Shown one piece after another: positions 26,273 through 37,273 of a DNA stretch of 51,151 nt; positions within the stretch are counted from its first letter, which is position 1, and each line of letters opens with the position of its first letter. The notes under the pieces are model-generated. The model saw only the letters and a list, made by a program, of their open reading frames with translations. It searched no databases and had not been told where the DNA came from. Both the position numbers and the translations under genes were made by a program. This stretch comes from a virus (Duplodnaviria > Caudoviricetes). The DNA is taken from positions 1 through 51,151 of IMG/VR virus record IMGVR_UViG_3300046170_000002; one strand, 5' to 3'.

Positions 26273-27992
26273 AATAATATTTGACATAGAAGCTGATGGG
26301 TTAAATCCTAATAATGTATGGTGTATTGTAGCCAAAGAACTAAATGGCACCTCACATACATTTGATAACACACAGATAGAAGAAGGTATTAAATTCTTAC
26401 AAGAAGCTGACACACTCATAGGTCACAACATTATAGGCTATGATATACCTGTACTAGAAAAACTTTATAGTGCTAAGTTTAATTGTAAGATAGAAGATAC
26501 ACTTGTTATGTCAAGACTATTCAATCCTGTTCGTGAGAACGGACATAGTTTGAAAGCTTGGGGTTGGCGTGTTGGTTGTTTAAAACAAGAACAACCTGAA
26601 GACTTTGATTCCTATACTCCTGAAATGTTAGAGTATTGTATTCAAGATGTTAAACTAAATGAAGCTGTGTATAATTACCTTATTAATGAGGGTAAAATAT
26701 TCAGTAAAGAATGTATAGATTTAGAACATCGTGTAGCTAAGATAATGAAAGAGCAAGAGAAGACTGGTTTCTTTTTTAATACTCAACAAGCTATGGAACT
26801 TCTTGCTGAACTAAAAGCAAAGCAACTTGCTGTTGAAGATGAAGTACATAATACTTTCAAGCCTAAGTTAGTTGATGATAAATTAGTTACACCTTATGTC
26901 AGAAAAGATGGTGAGTTATCTAAACGTGGATTGACTGATGAAGAATATCGTAACTGTATTAAAACTCAAAACGTTGAACCTTTTATGAGACTGAAGTTAG
27001 TTGACTTTAATCTTGGTAGTCGTAAACAAATTGGAGAATACTTAATTGATTTTGGTTGGGTTCCTAAAAAGTTTACACCAACAGGACAACCTATTGTAGA
27101 TGAAGGTACTCTCAAAAAGATTGAACACATCAGAGAAGCTAAGTTGATTGCAGACTTTTTACTATATCAGAAGCGTATAGCACAAGTCACATCTTGGATA
27201 GATGAACTTAAAGATGATAGAGTTCATGGCAGTGTAATACCTAACGGTACTATCACAGGTAGAATGACACATAGGAATCCTAACATGGCACAAGTACCTA
27301 ATGCAGGTAGTCCATATGGTAAAGAGTGTCGTTCATGTTGGACTATCCCTGATGGATACAAACTTGTAGGTATAGATGCTAGTGGATTAGAACTTAGAAT
27401 GTTAGCACATTACATGGATGACTCTGATTATATTGAAGAAGTTATCAACGGTGATATACATACGACTAATCAAAACCTTGCAGGTCTAAAGACTAGAGAC
27501 CAAGCCAAGACATTTATATATGCTTTGGTATATGGTGCAGGTGATGCTAAGATAGGTTCAGTTGCAGGTGGTGGATTAAAGAAAGGTAAAGAACTCAAAC
27601 AAACTTTCTTCAAGAACTTACCATCACTTAGAACTTTAAAAGATAAAGTACAGAAAGCTTCTGAACGAGGATTCCTCAAAGGATTAGATGGTCGTAAGAT
27701 ATATGTACGTAGCCAACATGCTGCACTCAATACTTTATTACAGGGTGGTGGTGCTATAGTTATGAAGAAAGCTATGTGTATATTACAAGAACTTATAAAC
27801 TTAAATTCTCTTGATGCTAAGTTTGTAGCTAACATTCATGACGAATGGCAGATACAAGTAAAAGAATCTCAAGCTGAATTTGTAGGACAACTAGGAGTTG
27901 AAGCTATTGAGAAAGCAAGTCAACACTTTAACATGCGTTGTCCTTTAACAGGAGAATATAAAATAGGAGAGAATTGGTATGAAACTCATTAA
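26259..27992 (+). CDS. polA: DNA polymerase family A (T7 gp5-like, Tyr at the 762-equivalent position)
   Basis: Exonuclease FDIEADG, GHNIIGYD; motif A DASGLELR, motif B RDQAKTFIYALVYG, motif C IHDEW. Confidence 0.95.
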   Translation: MNNSKIIFDIEADGLNPNNVWCIVAKELNGTSHTFDNTQIEEGIKFLQEADTLIGHNIIGYDIPVLEKLYSAKFNCKIEDTLVMSRLFNPVRENGHSLKAWGWRVGCLKQEQPEDFDSYTPEMLEYCIQDVKLNEAVYNYLINEGKIFSKECIDLEHRVAKIMKEQEKTGFFFNTQQAMELLAELKAKQLAVEDEVHNTFKPKLVDDKLVTPYVRKDGELSKRGLTDEEYRNCIKTQNVEPFMRLKLVDFNLGSRKQIGEYLIDFGWVPKKFTPTGQPIVDEGTLKKIEHIREAKLIADFLLYQKRIAQVTSWIDELKDDRVHGSVIPNGTITGRMTHRNPNMAQVPNAGSPYGKECRSCWTIPDGYKLVGIDASGLELRMLAHYMDDSDYIEEVINGDIHTTNQNLAGLKTRDQAKTFIYALVYGAGDAKIGSVAGGGLKKGKELKQTFFKNLPSLRTLKDKVQKASERGFLKGLDGRKIYVRSQHAALNTLLQGGGAIVMKKAMCILQELINLNSLDAKFVANIHDEWQIQVKESQAEFVGQLGVEAIEKASQHFNMRCPLTGEYKIGENWYETH

Positions 27993-28302
27993 AGAAAAAT
28001 CATCCAGTAGAAAAGGAGACCTAGCAGAATACTATGCTGTAACTTGGTTATGGGATAATGGATACGAAGTATTTAGAAACTGTGGATGTGATGGGTTCAT
28101 TGACTTAGTAGTCAGAGACCCTGAAGGTATGGTACAATTAGTCGATGTTAAAACAGCAGGTATAAAAAGAAGAAAAAATAAACGTGCTATTTGGCAATCA
28201 AAATCAACAAGAACTCCGGAACAAGTAAAGGCAGGTGTAAGGTTTTTACTATTCATTCCTGAGACAAGAAAATTAAGGTGGGTAAATCATCGTGGAAAAT
28301 AA
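27979..28302 (+). CDS. PD-(D/E)xK family endonuclease
   Basis: KGDLAE...GYEVF...IDLV...VDVKT. Confidence 0.65.
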   Translation: MKLIKEKSSSRKGDLAEYYAVTWLWDNGYEVFRNCGCDGFIDLVVRDPEGMVQLVDVKTAGIKRRKNKRAIWQSKSTRTPEQVKAGVRFLLFIPETRKLRWVNHRGK

Positions 28303-29098
28303 AAAAGAGATTGACAAAACTGAATTAGATAGCTATAATAAATTTACGTCTGAGTCAGGACATTGGTATACTCAAGAGGGTGAACCAATGTATACTATCA
28401 TCGGTGCTAATGGTAAGGAAAGAAACACAACTCTTAGAGATGCTAAGAAAGAAAACTTAGTTCCTTCTGTTACTACCATACTAGGTATGATAGCTAAACC
28501 TTCATTAGAAAACTGGAAAATAAATCAAGCACTTAACTCGGCTCTTACTTTAGAGAGATACGAGGGAGAATCTCTTGACTCTTTTTCTTACAGATGTAAA
28601 CATGATTCTAAAAAGATAGGTATGGAAGCTGCCAAACAAGGTACTAAAATACACTATCAAATTGAGAAAGGTTTCTTAGGTCTAGGTCAAACAAAACCTT
28701 ACAAGAAAATCAAAGCTTGGTTAGATGAAAACTATCCTGATGAAGAATGGATTGCAGAAGATTCTTTCTGTGCTGATTCAGGGTATGGTGGTAAGATAGA
28801 TTTATATTCTAAGTCTGGTATCTTTGTAGACTTTAAAACTAAGGATAACTTAGAAGGCAAAGACCCATCTAAATTAGTGTATGACGAACATGGTATGCAG
28901 TTGTCTGCTTATGCACAGGGTTGTGGCTTTGATAATCCACAGAGAGTTTCTATCTTTGTTGATAGGAAAGATACAGGATTAATTTCTTGTCATATATGGG
29001 ATGATGAATCTCACGACAGACATTTGAATATGTTTAATAGTATCTTAACATATTGGAAGCTAGTTAAGAACTACGATTCTTCTATTGATAATGCCTAG
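28292..29098 (+). CDS. PD-(D/E)xK exonuclease (RecB/Cas4-like)
   Basis: PSVTTILG, GTKIH, GKIDL, VDFKT, QLSAYA. Confidence 0.8.
   Translation: MENKKEIDKTELDSYNKFTSESGHWYTQEGEPMYTIIGANGKERNTTLRDAKKENLVPSVTTILGMIAKPSLENWKINQALNSALTLERYEGESLDSFSYRCKHDSKKIGMEAAKQGTKIHYQIEKGFLGLGQTKPYKKIKAWLDENYPDEEWIAEDSFCADSGYGGKIDLYSKSGIFVDFKTKDNLEGKDPSKLVYDEHGMQLSAYAQGCGFDNPQRVSIFVDRKDTGLISCHIWDDESHDRHLNMFNSILTYWKLVKNYDSSIDNA
28311..28339 (+). promoter_or_regulatory. Internal sigma70 promoter upstream of the endonuclease and nrdAB genes
   Basis: Perfect TTGACA, 17 nt, TATAAT inside the exonuclease 5' end. Confidence 0.8.
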
Positions 29099-29528
29099 AA
29101 GAGTACCAAGAAAACCTAGACCTAAAAAGACTGGAGTACCGAAAGGATATGATAGTATTTGGGAATATGAAATACATCAGACTCTTCTTAAAGATTGGAA
29201 ACATCATTGGGATAACATAGACTATATTGTTAAGCATAAGTATGAGCCTGACTTTGTTAAGATAATAGATAACAAAACTATTTTAATTGAAGCTAAAGGT
29301 AGGTTTTGGGATTACGCAGAGTTTAGTAAGTACATACATATAAGGGAGGCTTTGCCTGAAGATTATGAATTAGTATTTTTATTTCAAAAACCTTTTGCAC
29401 CTATGCCTCAAGCAAAGAAAAGAAAAGACGGAACTAAAAGAACTCATGCTGAATGGGCAGAGAAAAATAATTTTAAATGGTATAACGAAGAGAGTTTACC
29501 AAAGGAGTGGAGAAGCAGTGAATTATAA
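29091..29528 (+). CDS. Endonuclease I / Holliday junction resolvase (T7 gp3-like)
   Basis: YDSIWE, YEPDF, IEAKGRF, THAEWAEK. Confidence 0.8.
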   Translation: MPRRVPRKPRPKKTGVPKGYDSIWEYEIHQTLLKDWKHHWDNIDYIVKHKYEPDFVKIIDNKTILIEAKGRFWDYAEFSKYIHIREALPEDYELVFLFQKPFAPMPQAKKRKDGTKRTHAEWAEKNNFKWYNEESLPKEWRSSEL

Positions 29529-29790
29529 ATTCAACGAAGATAAAATATTAAATGAACTAAAAGCTTACGTAGGTAATACGTATGACCAACACTATGCTAA
29601 TGGTAAGTACCAAGCAACTGATATGATAATTGATTCAGGATATGGAGAAGGATTCTGTCTTGGAAACATTATGAAGTATGCTATGAGGTTTGGAAAGAAA
29701 GACGGAAAGAACAATTTAGACTTGTATAAAATTATACATTATGCTATAATAGCTATTTACGTAAACAACAAGGAACAAGATAATGGTTGA
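29518..29790 (+). CDS. DUF3310-like protein (T7 gp1.7 nucleotide kinase-related)
   Basis: QHY...GFCLGNIMKYAMRFGKK...DLYKIIHY; GTG start. Confidence 0.7.
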   Translation: MNYKFNEDKILNELKAYVGNTYDQHYANGKYQATDMIIDSGYGEGFCLGNIMKYAMRFGKKDGKNNLDLYKIIHYAIIAIYVNNKEQDNG

Positions 29791-31678
29791 AGATAAAATA
29801 GGAACTAAGCCTTACTTAGGAATTGAAATAGACTACGACAAAGAAAAAACATTTGATAAATTTAGTTTAGATACACTCAAAGATAGATATTTTTGGGAAG
29901 GAGAAACACATGCACAAGAAGCATTCGCAAGAGCCTCGGTCTTCGGAGCAACATACAAGAACGAGACAGATTTTGAACTGGCTCAAAGACTTTACAACTA
30001 CGCTTCCTCTCGTTGGTTCATGTTCAGCACTCCTATACTTAGTAACGGGGGTACAAGTCGTGGGCTTCCTATCAGTTGCTTCCTCAATTATGTTCCTGAC
30101 AGTAGGGGTGGTTTATCTGCTCACTATGATGAGAATATATGGTTGGCAAGTTCAGGTGGAGGCATCGGTGGATATTGGGGCGATATTAGGAGCAACGGTA
30201 TTTCAACTACTCATGGCAGTCGTTCTACTGGAAGCATTCCTTTCATCCACGTTGTAGACTCACAGATGTTAGCCTTTAATCAAGGCACAACAAGACGTGG
30301 TAGCTATGCAGCTTACATGGATATAAGCCACCCTGAGATTGAAGAGTTTATAAACATGAGAAAAGAATCAGGTGGAGATATAAACAGAAAGAATCTTAAC
30401 ATACATAACGGTATAAACATTACTAATTCTTTTCTTGAAGCAGTACAGAACGATGAAGACTGGAGATTGATAGACCCTAAAAGCAATGAAGCTGTTAAGA
30501 TAGTTAATGCTAGAGACTTATGGTGGCAGATTATACATGCTAGAGCAGAAACAGGTGAGCCTTACATGGTTAATATTGATGCATGTAATAATGCTTTACC
30601 TCAAAAACAAAAAGACTTAGGTCTTAAAATAAGACAAAGTAATTTATGTTCAGAGATTACTTTACCAACTGATGAAGAACGAACAGCAGTATGTTGTTTA
30701 TCATCCGTAAACTTAGAACACTTTGATGACTGGTCAAAAGATGACTTGTTCATTGAGGATTTAATAACCATGCTTGACAATGTTTTACAGCACTACATTG
30801 ACAATGCAATAGACACAACACAGTTAGGAGAATACAGTGCAAATTTTAAACGCTTTCAAAAATATGTTAAAGAAGGCAAGGAAGGCTTTACCAAGAGTGC
30901 CTACTCAGCGTATCGAGAAAGGAGTCTCGGTCTCGGTGCTATGGGTTTCCATGCTTATCTTCAATCTAGGTCACTTCCTTTCGAAGGGATTTACGCAACT
31001 GGGTTTAACTTTAAGGCATTTACTTACATTAAAGGAAAGGCAAAGGAAGCAACTAAAGAGTTGGCTATTCAAAGGGGTGAGGCTCCTGATATCCACGGCA
31101 GTGGTAAGCGTAATGCTAATCTCCTTGCTATTGCTCCTAATGCTAGTAGTGGGATTATCTGCAGTGGTACTTCTCCTAGTATTGAACCTTACAGGGCTAA
31201 CTGCTATACTCACAAAACTTTATCCGGAAGCTATCAAGTAAAAAATAAATATCTTGAAAAGCTTTTTAAAGGTAAAGGTTTAAAAGGTAAAGAGTTAGAA
31301 AACATTTGGAAAGATATATCAGCCAACGAAGGTTCAGTCCAACACTTAGATTTTCTTACTGATGATGAGAAAGAAATATTTAAAACAGCAAATGAGATAA
31401 ATCAAATATGGATTGTTGAACATGCTGCAAAAAGACAGGAGTTTGTGTGTCAAGCACAATCTGTCAACCTATTCTTTACTATACCTAAAAGTACAGAACC
31501 ACAAGAAGTGCATGATGATTATATGCAGTATGTGAATGATGTACATTGGTATGGTATGAATAAATTAAAATCGTTGTATTACTTTAGAACTAATGCAGCA
31601 AGAAACGTAGAGAATGTAAACACAAAAGTTCCAAGGATTCGTTTAGATGATGTGGAATGTATCGCCTGTGAAGGGTAA
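29783..31678 (+). CDS. nrdA: Ribonucleotide reductase class I alpha subunit, no ATP cone
   Basis: GLPISCF, QSNLCSEI, AIAPNASS, SLYY, C-terminal CIACEG. Confidence 0.95.
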   Translation: MVEDKIGTKPYLGIEIDYDKEKTFDKFSLDTLKDRYFWEGETHAQEAFARASVFGATYKNETDFELAQRLYNYASSRWFMFSTPILSNGGTSRGLPISCFLNYVPDSRGGLSAHYDENIWLASSGGGIGGYWGDIRSNGISTTHGSRSTGSIPFIHVVDSQMLAFNQGTTRRGSYAAYMDISHPEIEEFINMRKESGGDINRKNLNIHNGINITNSFLEAVQNDEDWRLIDPKSNEAVKIVNARDLWWQIIHARAETGEPYMVNIDACNNALPQKQKDLGLKIRQSNLCSEITLPTDEERTAVCCLSSVNLEHFDDWSKDDLFIEDLITMLDNVLQHYIDNAIDTTQLGEYSANFKRFQKYVKEGKEGFTKSAYSAYRERSLGLGAMGFHAYLQSRSLPFEGIYATGFNFKAFTYIKGKAKEATKELAIQRGEAPDIHGSGKRNANLLAIAPNASSGIICSGTSPSIEPYRANCYTHKTLSGSYQVKNKYLEKLFKGKGLKGKELENIWKDISANEGSVQHLDFLTDDEKEIFKTANEINQIWIVEHAAKRQEFVCQAQSVNLFFTIPKSTEPQEVHDDYMQYVNDVHWYGMNKLKSLYYFRTNAARNVENVNTKVPRIRLDDVECIACEG

Positions 31679-31687
31679 GGAAAAATT

Positions 31688-32663
31688 ATGAGCTTATTAA
31701 CAACTAGAGATTATTATAAACCGTTTGAATACCCATGGATGTATGAGTATTACAAACTACAAAATCAAATGCATTGGATGCCTGAATCAGTTCCATTGCA
31801 CACTGATGTAAAAGATTGGCAGGATGTCACACCTGAAGAAAAACATTTACTGACACAGATATTTAGATTATTTACTCAATCAGATGTAGATGTAGGTGCA
31901 GGATATGTTGACAAGTATATGCCTATCTTTAAGAAACCTGAAGCAAGAATGATGATGTCATCCTTTGCTAACATGGAATCTATACACCAAGATGCTTACA
32001 GTTTATTGTTAGACACTGTAGGTATGCCTGAAATAGAATACAAAGCTTTTGCTGAGTACGAAGAAATGTCTGACAAACATGATTACGTTGGGGAGTTTAA
32101 ACCTTTAAAATCTGATAAAAGAACTATAGCTAAAACACTAGCAGTTTATTCAGCCTTCACAGAAGGGTTGCAGTTATTCTCTAGTTTTGCAATCCTCTTA
32201 AACTTCCCAAGATTTCGGTAAGATGAAAGGTATGGGACAGATAGTTACTTACTCTATCCGTGATGAGTCTATGCACGTTGAAGCTATGACTAAACTATTC
32301 CGTGAGTTTATCCAAGAGAACATAGAGATATGGACAGATGAATTTAAGGGAGAACTCTATCAGATATGTAGAGACATGGTAGAACTAGAAGACAAGTTCT
32401 TAGACTTAGTATTTGAGATGGGAGACCTTCAAGGACTAACCAAGAAAGATATGTATGCTTACAATAGATACATAGCCGACAGAAGATTACTACAGCTAGG
32501 ACTTAAAACTAATTATGACCAAAAAGAAAATCCACTAGGATGGATTGATGAAGTCATGGGTGTTGAACATCAAAACTTCTTTGAAGGTAGAGCTACAACA
32601 TATATGAAAGCAGGTCTTCGTGGTAAGCAAGACTCTATTACTTTTACGGAGATAGAGAAATGA
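31688..32663 (+). CDS. nrdB: Ribonucleotide reductase class I beta subunit (~324 aa), split by one extra base at 32213-32216
   Basis: ESIHQDAY, TEGLQLFSSF, RDESMH, NFFE; removing one base restores FPRFGKMKG. Confidence 0.9.
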
Positions 32664-32890
32664 GAACTAAAAGAGAAGAAGCAAAACTTCTAGGTTATGA
32701 ATTACTATATAATAGAGCAGGTAATTTAATTACTGAAAGAACTTCAACAGATATAAGAGAACTTAAAAAGTATTTTAGTGTAGAAGAATATGCTACATTA
32801 CAGACAGTTTTACGAGAAGCTACAAAAAAACTAGATGAAGTACATAATTATATCGAAGCTAACTTAAATGCTAGGAAATTCACAGATTAA
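32660..32890 (+). CDS. Hypothetical protein, last gene of the plus-strand arm
   Basis: 76 aa, ATGA overlap with nrdB. Confidence 0.6.
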   Translation: MRTKREEAKLLGYELLYNRAGNLITERTSTDIRELKKYFSVEEYATLQTVLREATKKLDEVHNYIEANLNARKFTD

Positions 32891-33003
32891 AGAAAATTGA
32901 CATCATGAGGCTACGTGTATTGACATATCTTACAGTAGTTAATACACTTGCTTCAGATTGTACAACTTTTAAATACACAAGCTCTCCGTGTGTCTTACAG
33001 GAT

Positions 33004-34740
33004 TTATGTAATTGTGTAGATAATTATCTCGTCTTTCTTCCCTTTTACCTTAATTGGGTCTAAATATCTAGTAGGTATGGTAGATTTCATAGCTGTGGTG
33101 TACCCAATTACTATATCCTCTCCTACTTCTTTAGTAGAACTCTCTAGCCTTGCAGCTAGATTAACAGCATCACCAATAGCAGAGTAATCAAACCTTGTAT
33201 CACTTCCCATATTACCGACTACTGCCTCTCCTGTATTTATACCTATACCTATTTCAATACCTAGTTTGGCTTCTGCCATATCTCGGTGGATTTGTAATGC
33301 TGCTTGGATGGCTTTGGTCTCATGTTCTTCAACATCTATTGGTGCATTAAAGATAGCCATCATTGCATCACCAATATATTTATCCACCATACCGTCATAC
33401 TTTTTAACTGCATCAGCTTGTATCGTCAAAGCTTTGTTCATAATCTCTGTAACTTCTTCAGGCTCTAATCGTTCTGATAAACTTGTAAAGCCTCTAACGT
33501 CTGTAAATAAAAACGTACATCGTCTTCGTTCTCCTCCTAACTTCAGAAGCTCTGGATTATCTTGTAGTTGTTTGACTTGTCTTGGGTCAAGGTAATGTTC
33601 AAATTGTTTCTTGATTTGTTGTCTAAGTTTGTATTGAGTTCTAAAGTTTAAATAGAATTGTAAGGTAGCAATAAGTGTCATACTTATTAGAGACCATGTA
33701 AAGTCTATCAAGATATTATAGCTTACAAAGTGATACTCCATATATCCCATAAAAGAGAACAAACCTAAGAATGATATAACACCCTTAGTGATACCTAGAT
33801 ACTTTATTAGAAGAGCTGTGAGTAAGCCTGAGACTATTAATAATAATAGTTCAACAAACAACCTATAGTCTGGTATCTGTGGTGTATCCATCAACATACT
33901 TTCTGATAGAGCTGCTTGTATTTTATGTGGTTCTAATAGACCTATAGGTGTTGCAAGTTGTGGTGATATACCCTTGGCTGTAAAACCTACGAACACAAAC
34001 TTACCTGCAACATTCATCTCAGTTAGTGTTGTTTGTGGTGTATCTACCCAACTAATCCATTTACGACCAAGGCTATCTGTGGCAATGGGTGGAATGCCTC
34101 TAACTCTAACCTGTTCAATTCCATTCAGATTTGTGACAATCTGATAAGTACGACCACCTCCTAGTATTTTTAAAACTTCTGTTCCAAACGAAGCAACCCA
34201 CCCATTATTAGTTTGTTGTAGTAAAGGGTATACGCCTTACTAAATTATCTACATCTACTGGTGCAGATATAGCACCTTGACTAGCTGATTGTTTTAAAGG
34301 TTCTATGTTCTCTAAAAAGCCTTGAGCTTTTGGTAAAGATACTATTGGTCCTTTGATAACTGTACCAACTGTCTTTGGATAGTTACTATTAGTTTACTTC
34401 TGGCATAGCTATAACACTTGGAGAGCTTTGTAAAGCTTTAGAGAAACTCATCATCTCCACCCATTCTATCTGCATGTGGGAATAACATAACCCATCCAAC
34501 ACCTAAAGCACCTGCGTTTATTATATCGTTATGAATCTTTGCAAGTGTTTCTCTAGGCAGGGGATATCCACCTTGTTCATCTAGGAAAGTTTCGTCTATG
34601 TTGAGGATTGTAAAGTATCCGGTAGGTTCTGGAGTTGTGACAAGAGCATCAAAGGTTTTGAGTCTTAGTACTTCTAGTGGTACACTGTTGAAGAGGAGAG
34701 GCAAAGTTAATAGAGTTAATAAGGTGATTGCCCACTTCAT
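33004..34740 (-). CDS. Membrane CHASE2-type class III adenylate cyclase (~577 aa), interrupted by three extra bases
   Basis: N-terminal TM, ILNIDE...YPLPR and DVDNLVRRIP sensor motifs, three TMs, cyclase motifs FTDVRGFT, DKYIGDA, DYSAIGDAVNLAARLES; extra bases at 34443-34446, 34391-34394, 34225-34228. Confidence 0.85.
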
Positions 34741-34741
34741 G

Positions 34742-35848
34742 TTAGTCTCCTTGCGTTATAGTTATGGTAGAGTTACCACCACCGTTGACAACTATCTGTG
34801 TACTCTTACCATTTTGTATCATTACAATAGTGTAAGCATTTGATTTATCTAAATCTAATTTAATAGTATCTTCTAAAGCTTTATAAAATGTTATGACGTT
34901 ATCAGTCATAAAAGTATTTATCTGAGTCTCACTATCGTACCCAATCTTAGTACCTTTTAAATCTATATCAGTTTTTAAAATTGTTGAAGTTTGGTCTAGC
35001 TCATTGACATCTTCTATAATGTCTAACAAGTCTTCAAGAAAGTTTACATCTAAATAATTAATGTCTAACTCTGTAAACTCTAAACTGTCTTCTGCAAGAT
35101 AGTCTGTTTCTAAATCATCAAACTCAAGGAAGTCAACATCAAGACTACTAACATTACTCCCTCCATCTTCTCCTTCATTTTGTTCTACTTCCCTAGGTGT
35201 ATTTACAATTAACATGTTATCAATTAACTCTAGGGTCAAGTCAAGGATAACGGGATTCGTTGGTTTAGTTTCAAACATAGAAACTGTTGTAGCTTGGTAA
35301 GGCTTGTTAAGAACTACCTGTCCCATAGCTGTTGCGACAACTATCTCTCCACTTGGAAGACCGTCATCGTCTGGTAATAATATAACTAAACTTCTACCTA
35401 ACTCATCTACAGTTACAGTAAAGTCTGTACCACGAATACCAATCGTAGCACTTGGAGTTTGTATAGATATATTTTCTTTATCTATTGATGCTAACTTACC
35501 TGTAATAAATCTTGCAGTACCACTTGCAAATTGTAAAGCCATCTTAGATTTAGAAGGGTCTGGGTCATAGATAAATTCATCTATAATTAATTCAGAATGT
35601 TCAGTAAGTCTAACTTGACTGTCATCTAAAAAAGTAATGCCCAATCTCCCGTTAGAAGTTTGGACATTATCGTAGCTGTTGATGTCTAATGCTAGAGAAG
35701 CTTGAAAAGTTTTGTCTCTTACGACTCTACCTGTTCCGTTTAGTTCAGTTATATTGCCTATATTAGCAACCGACTGCTGTTCCCCCATCGTTTTGAATGA
35801 CACAAATAGTGCCACTAGAACCATCAGATGTAATTTGTAACCAGTCAT
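34742..35848 (-). CDS. FecR-domain periplasmic protein with acidic C-terminal region (start may be 35824)
   Basis: Signal-like N-terminus; ITFLDDSQVRLTEHSEL...GTARF...TPSATIGIRGTDF. Confidence 0.8.
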   Translation of the reverse strand: MTGYKLHLMVLVALFVSFKTMGEQQSVANIGNITELNGTGRVVRDKTFQASLALDINSYDNVQTSNGRLGITFLDDSQVRLTEHSELIIDEFIYDPDPSKSKMALQFASGTARFITGKLASIDKENISIQTPSATIGIRGTDFTVTVDELGRSLVILLPDDDGLPSGEIVVATAMGQVVLNKPYQATTVSMFETKPTNPVILDLTLELIDNMLIVNTPREVEQNEGEDGGSNVSSLDVDFLEFDDLETDYLAEDSLEFTELDINYLDVNFLEDLLDIIEDVNELDQTSTILKTDIDLKGTKIGYDSETQINTFMTDNVITFYKALEDTIKLDLDKSNAYTIVMIQNGKSTQIVVNGGGNSTITITQGD

Positions 35849-36479
35849 TGTCTAAAGTACTCAGTTGTTGTATGTTAAATGTTCTAGAATTGCCTGTTTG
35901 ATTTAACTTAAAGTAACCACCTGCATAGCCTTGACCTGTAAAGTTTAGAGTATTATCGTCACCATCTACATTTACATCATTTGTTGCATCAGCGTTATTG
36001 ATATTAAAATCAAAAGTGTTACCATCTCCACTAATAATCCAATCAATATCTGCGTTACTTGCTAAAGATGTTGTAGCTAAATCAAGTGTAAAAGTGTTTG
36101 TACCACCTGTTACATCTACATTAACATTAGAACCATCAGCACCATAAGTATTAGTAGGGTCTATCTGTACATTAAACACGTTAGTAGAACCATCAAACTC
36201 CCAAAAACCTACAAAGTTATCAGCAGTAATATCTCCTAAGAACTTATTGTTTGAACCTATTTGATTAATATCAATAGTTTGTGTACCACCATCTAAGTCT
36301 AGTGCAGTCATAGTACCAGCAATTGCATCTGCTCCACCTATGATGTTACCTGAACCTAACTGTTCAGCATCTAGATTAAACGTAGCACCTGATTGGTCTA
36401 TGTATATTTCGTTGTCAGCCCCGTATAGCAGCGATGCACTCGTCATCACAACTAGGCTTAATAATTTTATTTTGTTCAT
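35763..36479 (-). CDS. Secreted curlin-like beta-solenoid protein
   Basis: Signal peptide; Asn/Asp/Gly/Gln-rich repeats NEIYIDQSG, IDINQIGSNN, LNQTGNS; adjacent to csgG. Confidence 0.65.
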   Translation of the reverse strand: MNKIKLLSLVVMTSASLLYGADNEIYIDQSGATFNLDAEQLGSGNIIGGADAIAGTMTALDLDGGTQTIDINQIGSNNKFLGDITADNFVGFWEFDGSTNVFNVQIDPTNTYGADGSNVNVDVTGGTNTFTLDLATTSLASNADIDWIISGDGNTFDFNINNADATNDVNVDGDDNTLNFTGQGYAGGYFKLNQTGNSRTFNIQQLSTLDNDWLQITSDGSSGTICVIQNDGGTAVGC

Positions 36480-37273
36480 ATTTCCAATAGCCTCTCTCTA
36501 TTCCAATATTGATTATATTTAATACTCCAGTCTCTACAGCTTTTTGTAAAGCTATTGAAACACTTTCGTTCTCTGATATACCACCCTCTATTTCTACTAG
36601 CTCTGTGCCAGTCTCAATAAAACGAAATACATCCTGAGAAACACTTGTAGATAAAATGCTTTTGGATACTAATGTTTCCATAAGAACTTCACCAGGTAGA
36701 TACAGATACTAACCTTAAAGATATAGTAACTGTGTCTTCCCTAAACTGTTTACTTGTACCTATACCTAAGTACCTTGCACCAGAACCTCCAGATTTTAAA
36801 TTAGCTTCATAACTAATTACTCCACCTTGGACTAACAACCCTGCAAATAATAGTGGTTGCATCTTATTATCTTCTTTAAAATCTTTACGTGTACTACGTA
36901 TGAGTTGTCTTTCTTTTGTTAGGTCATCTAAACCTACACTTTCTACAACTCTAAAAAACTTTCCACCTGCTGTATGCTTAAAAGCTCTAATAAGAAAAGC
37001 TTCAGGTGCTTGTGTTACAGCAGTACTAAACAAAGCAAAGGTACTATTACTTCTTCTCTGACCTGTTAAATCTCTAAAGCTATTAGGGTATATAGCTATC
37101 GTTGGTCTTATTTGTGCTGGTGGTAAATTCCTTAACTCTTCTGATTGTAAATCTAATGTAGAACTAGACTGGACTTTTTTAGTTAAAACTAAATCTCCAC
37201 TCTCTTGTACTACTGCACAACTAGAAAGTAAAGTTACCAACAGGCAAAGATATAGTCGTTGTATTGCCATCAC
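36415..37273 (-). CDS. csgG: Curli secretion pore CsgG-like lipoprotein, split by one extra base at 36694-36697
   Basis: Lipobox LLSSC; FRDLTGQRR, FSTAVTQ, LTKERQLIR, GGSGARYLGIG, LRLVSVSTGEVL after correction, GYW near the end. Confidence 0.9.

Noticed and set aside
23821-31241. Alternative-frame and antisense ORFs inside SSB, primase, polA and nrdA
   Set aside because: Fully nested in well-supported genes, with no motifs or translation signals
31688-37273. nrdB, cyclase and csgG as pseudogenes, or nrdB as intron-split
   Set aside because: Each break is one extra base at a wobble position, with intact catalytic motifs and no intervening sequence; best explained as an assembly artefact
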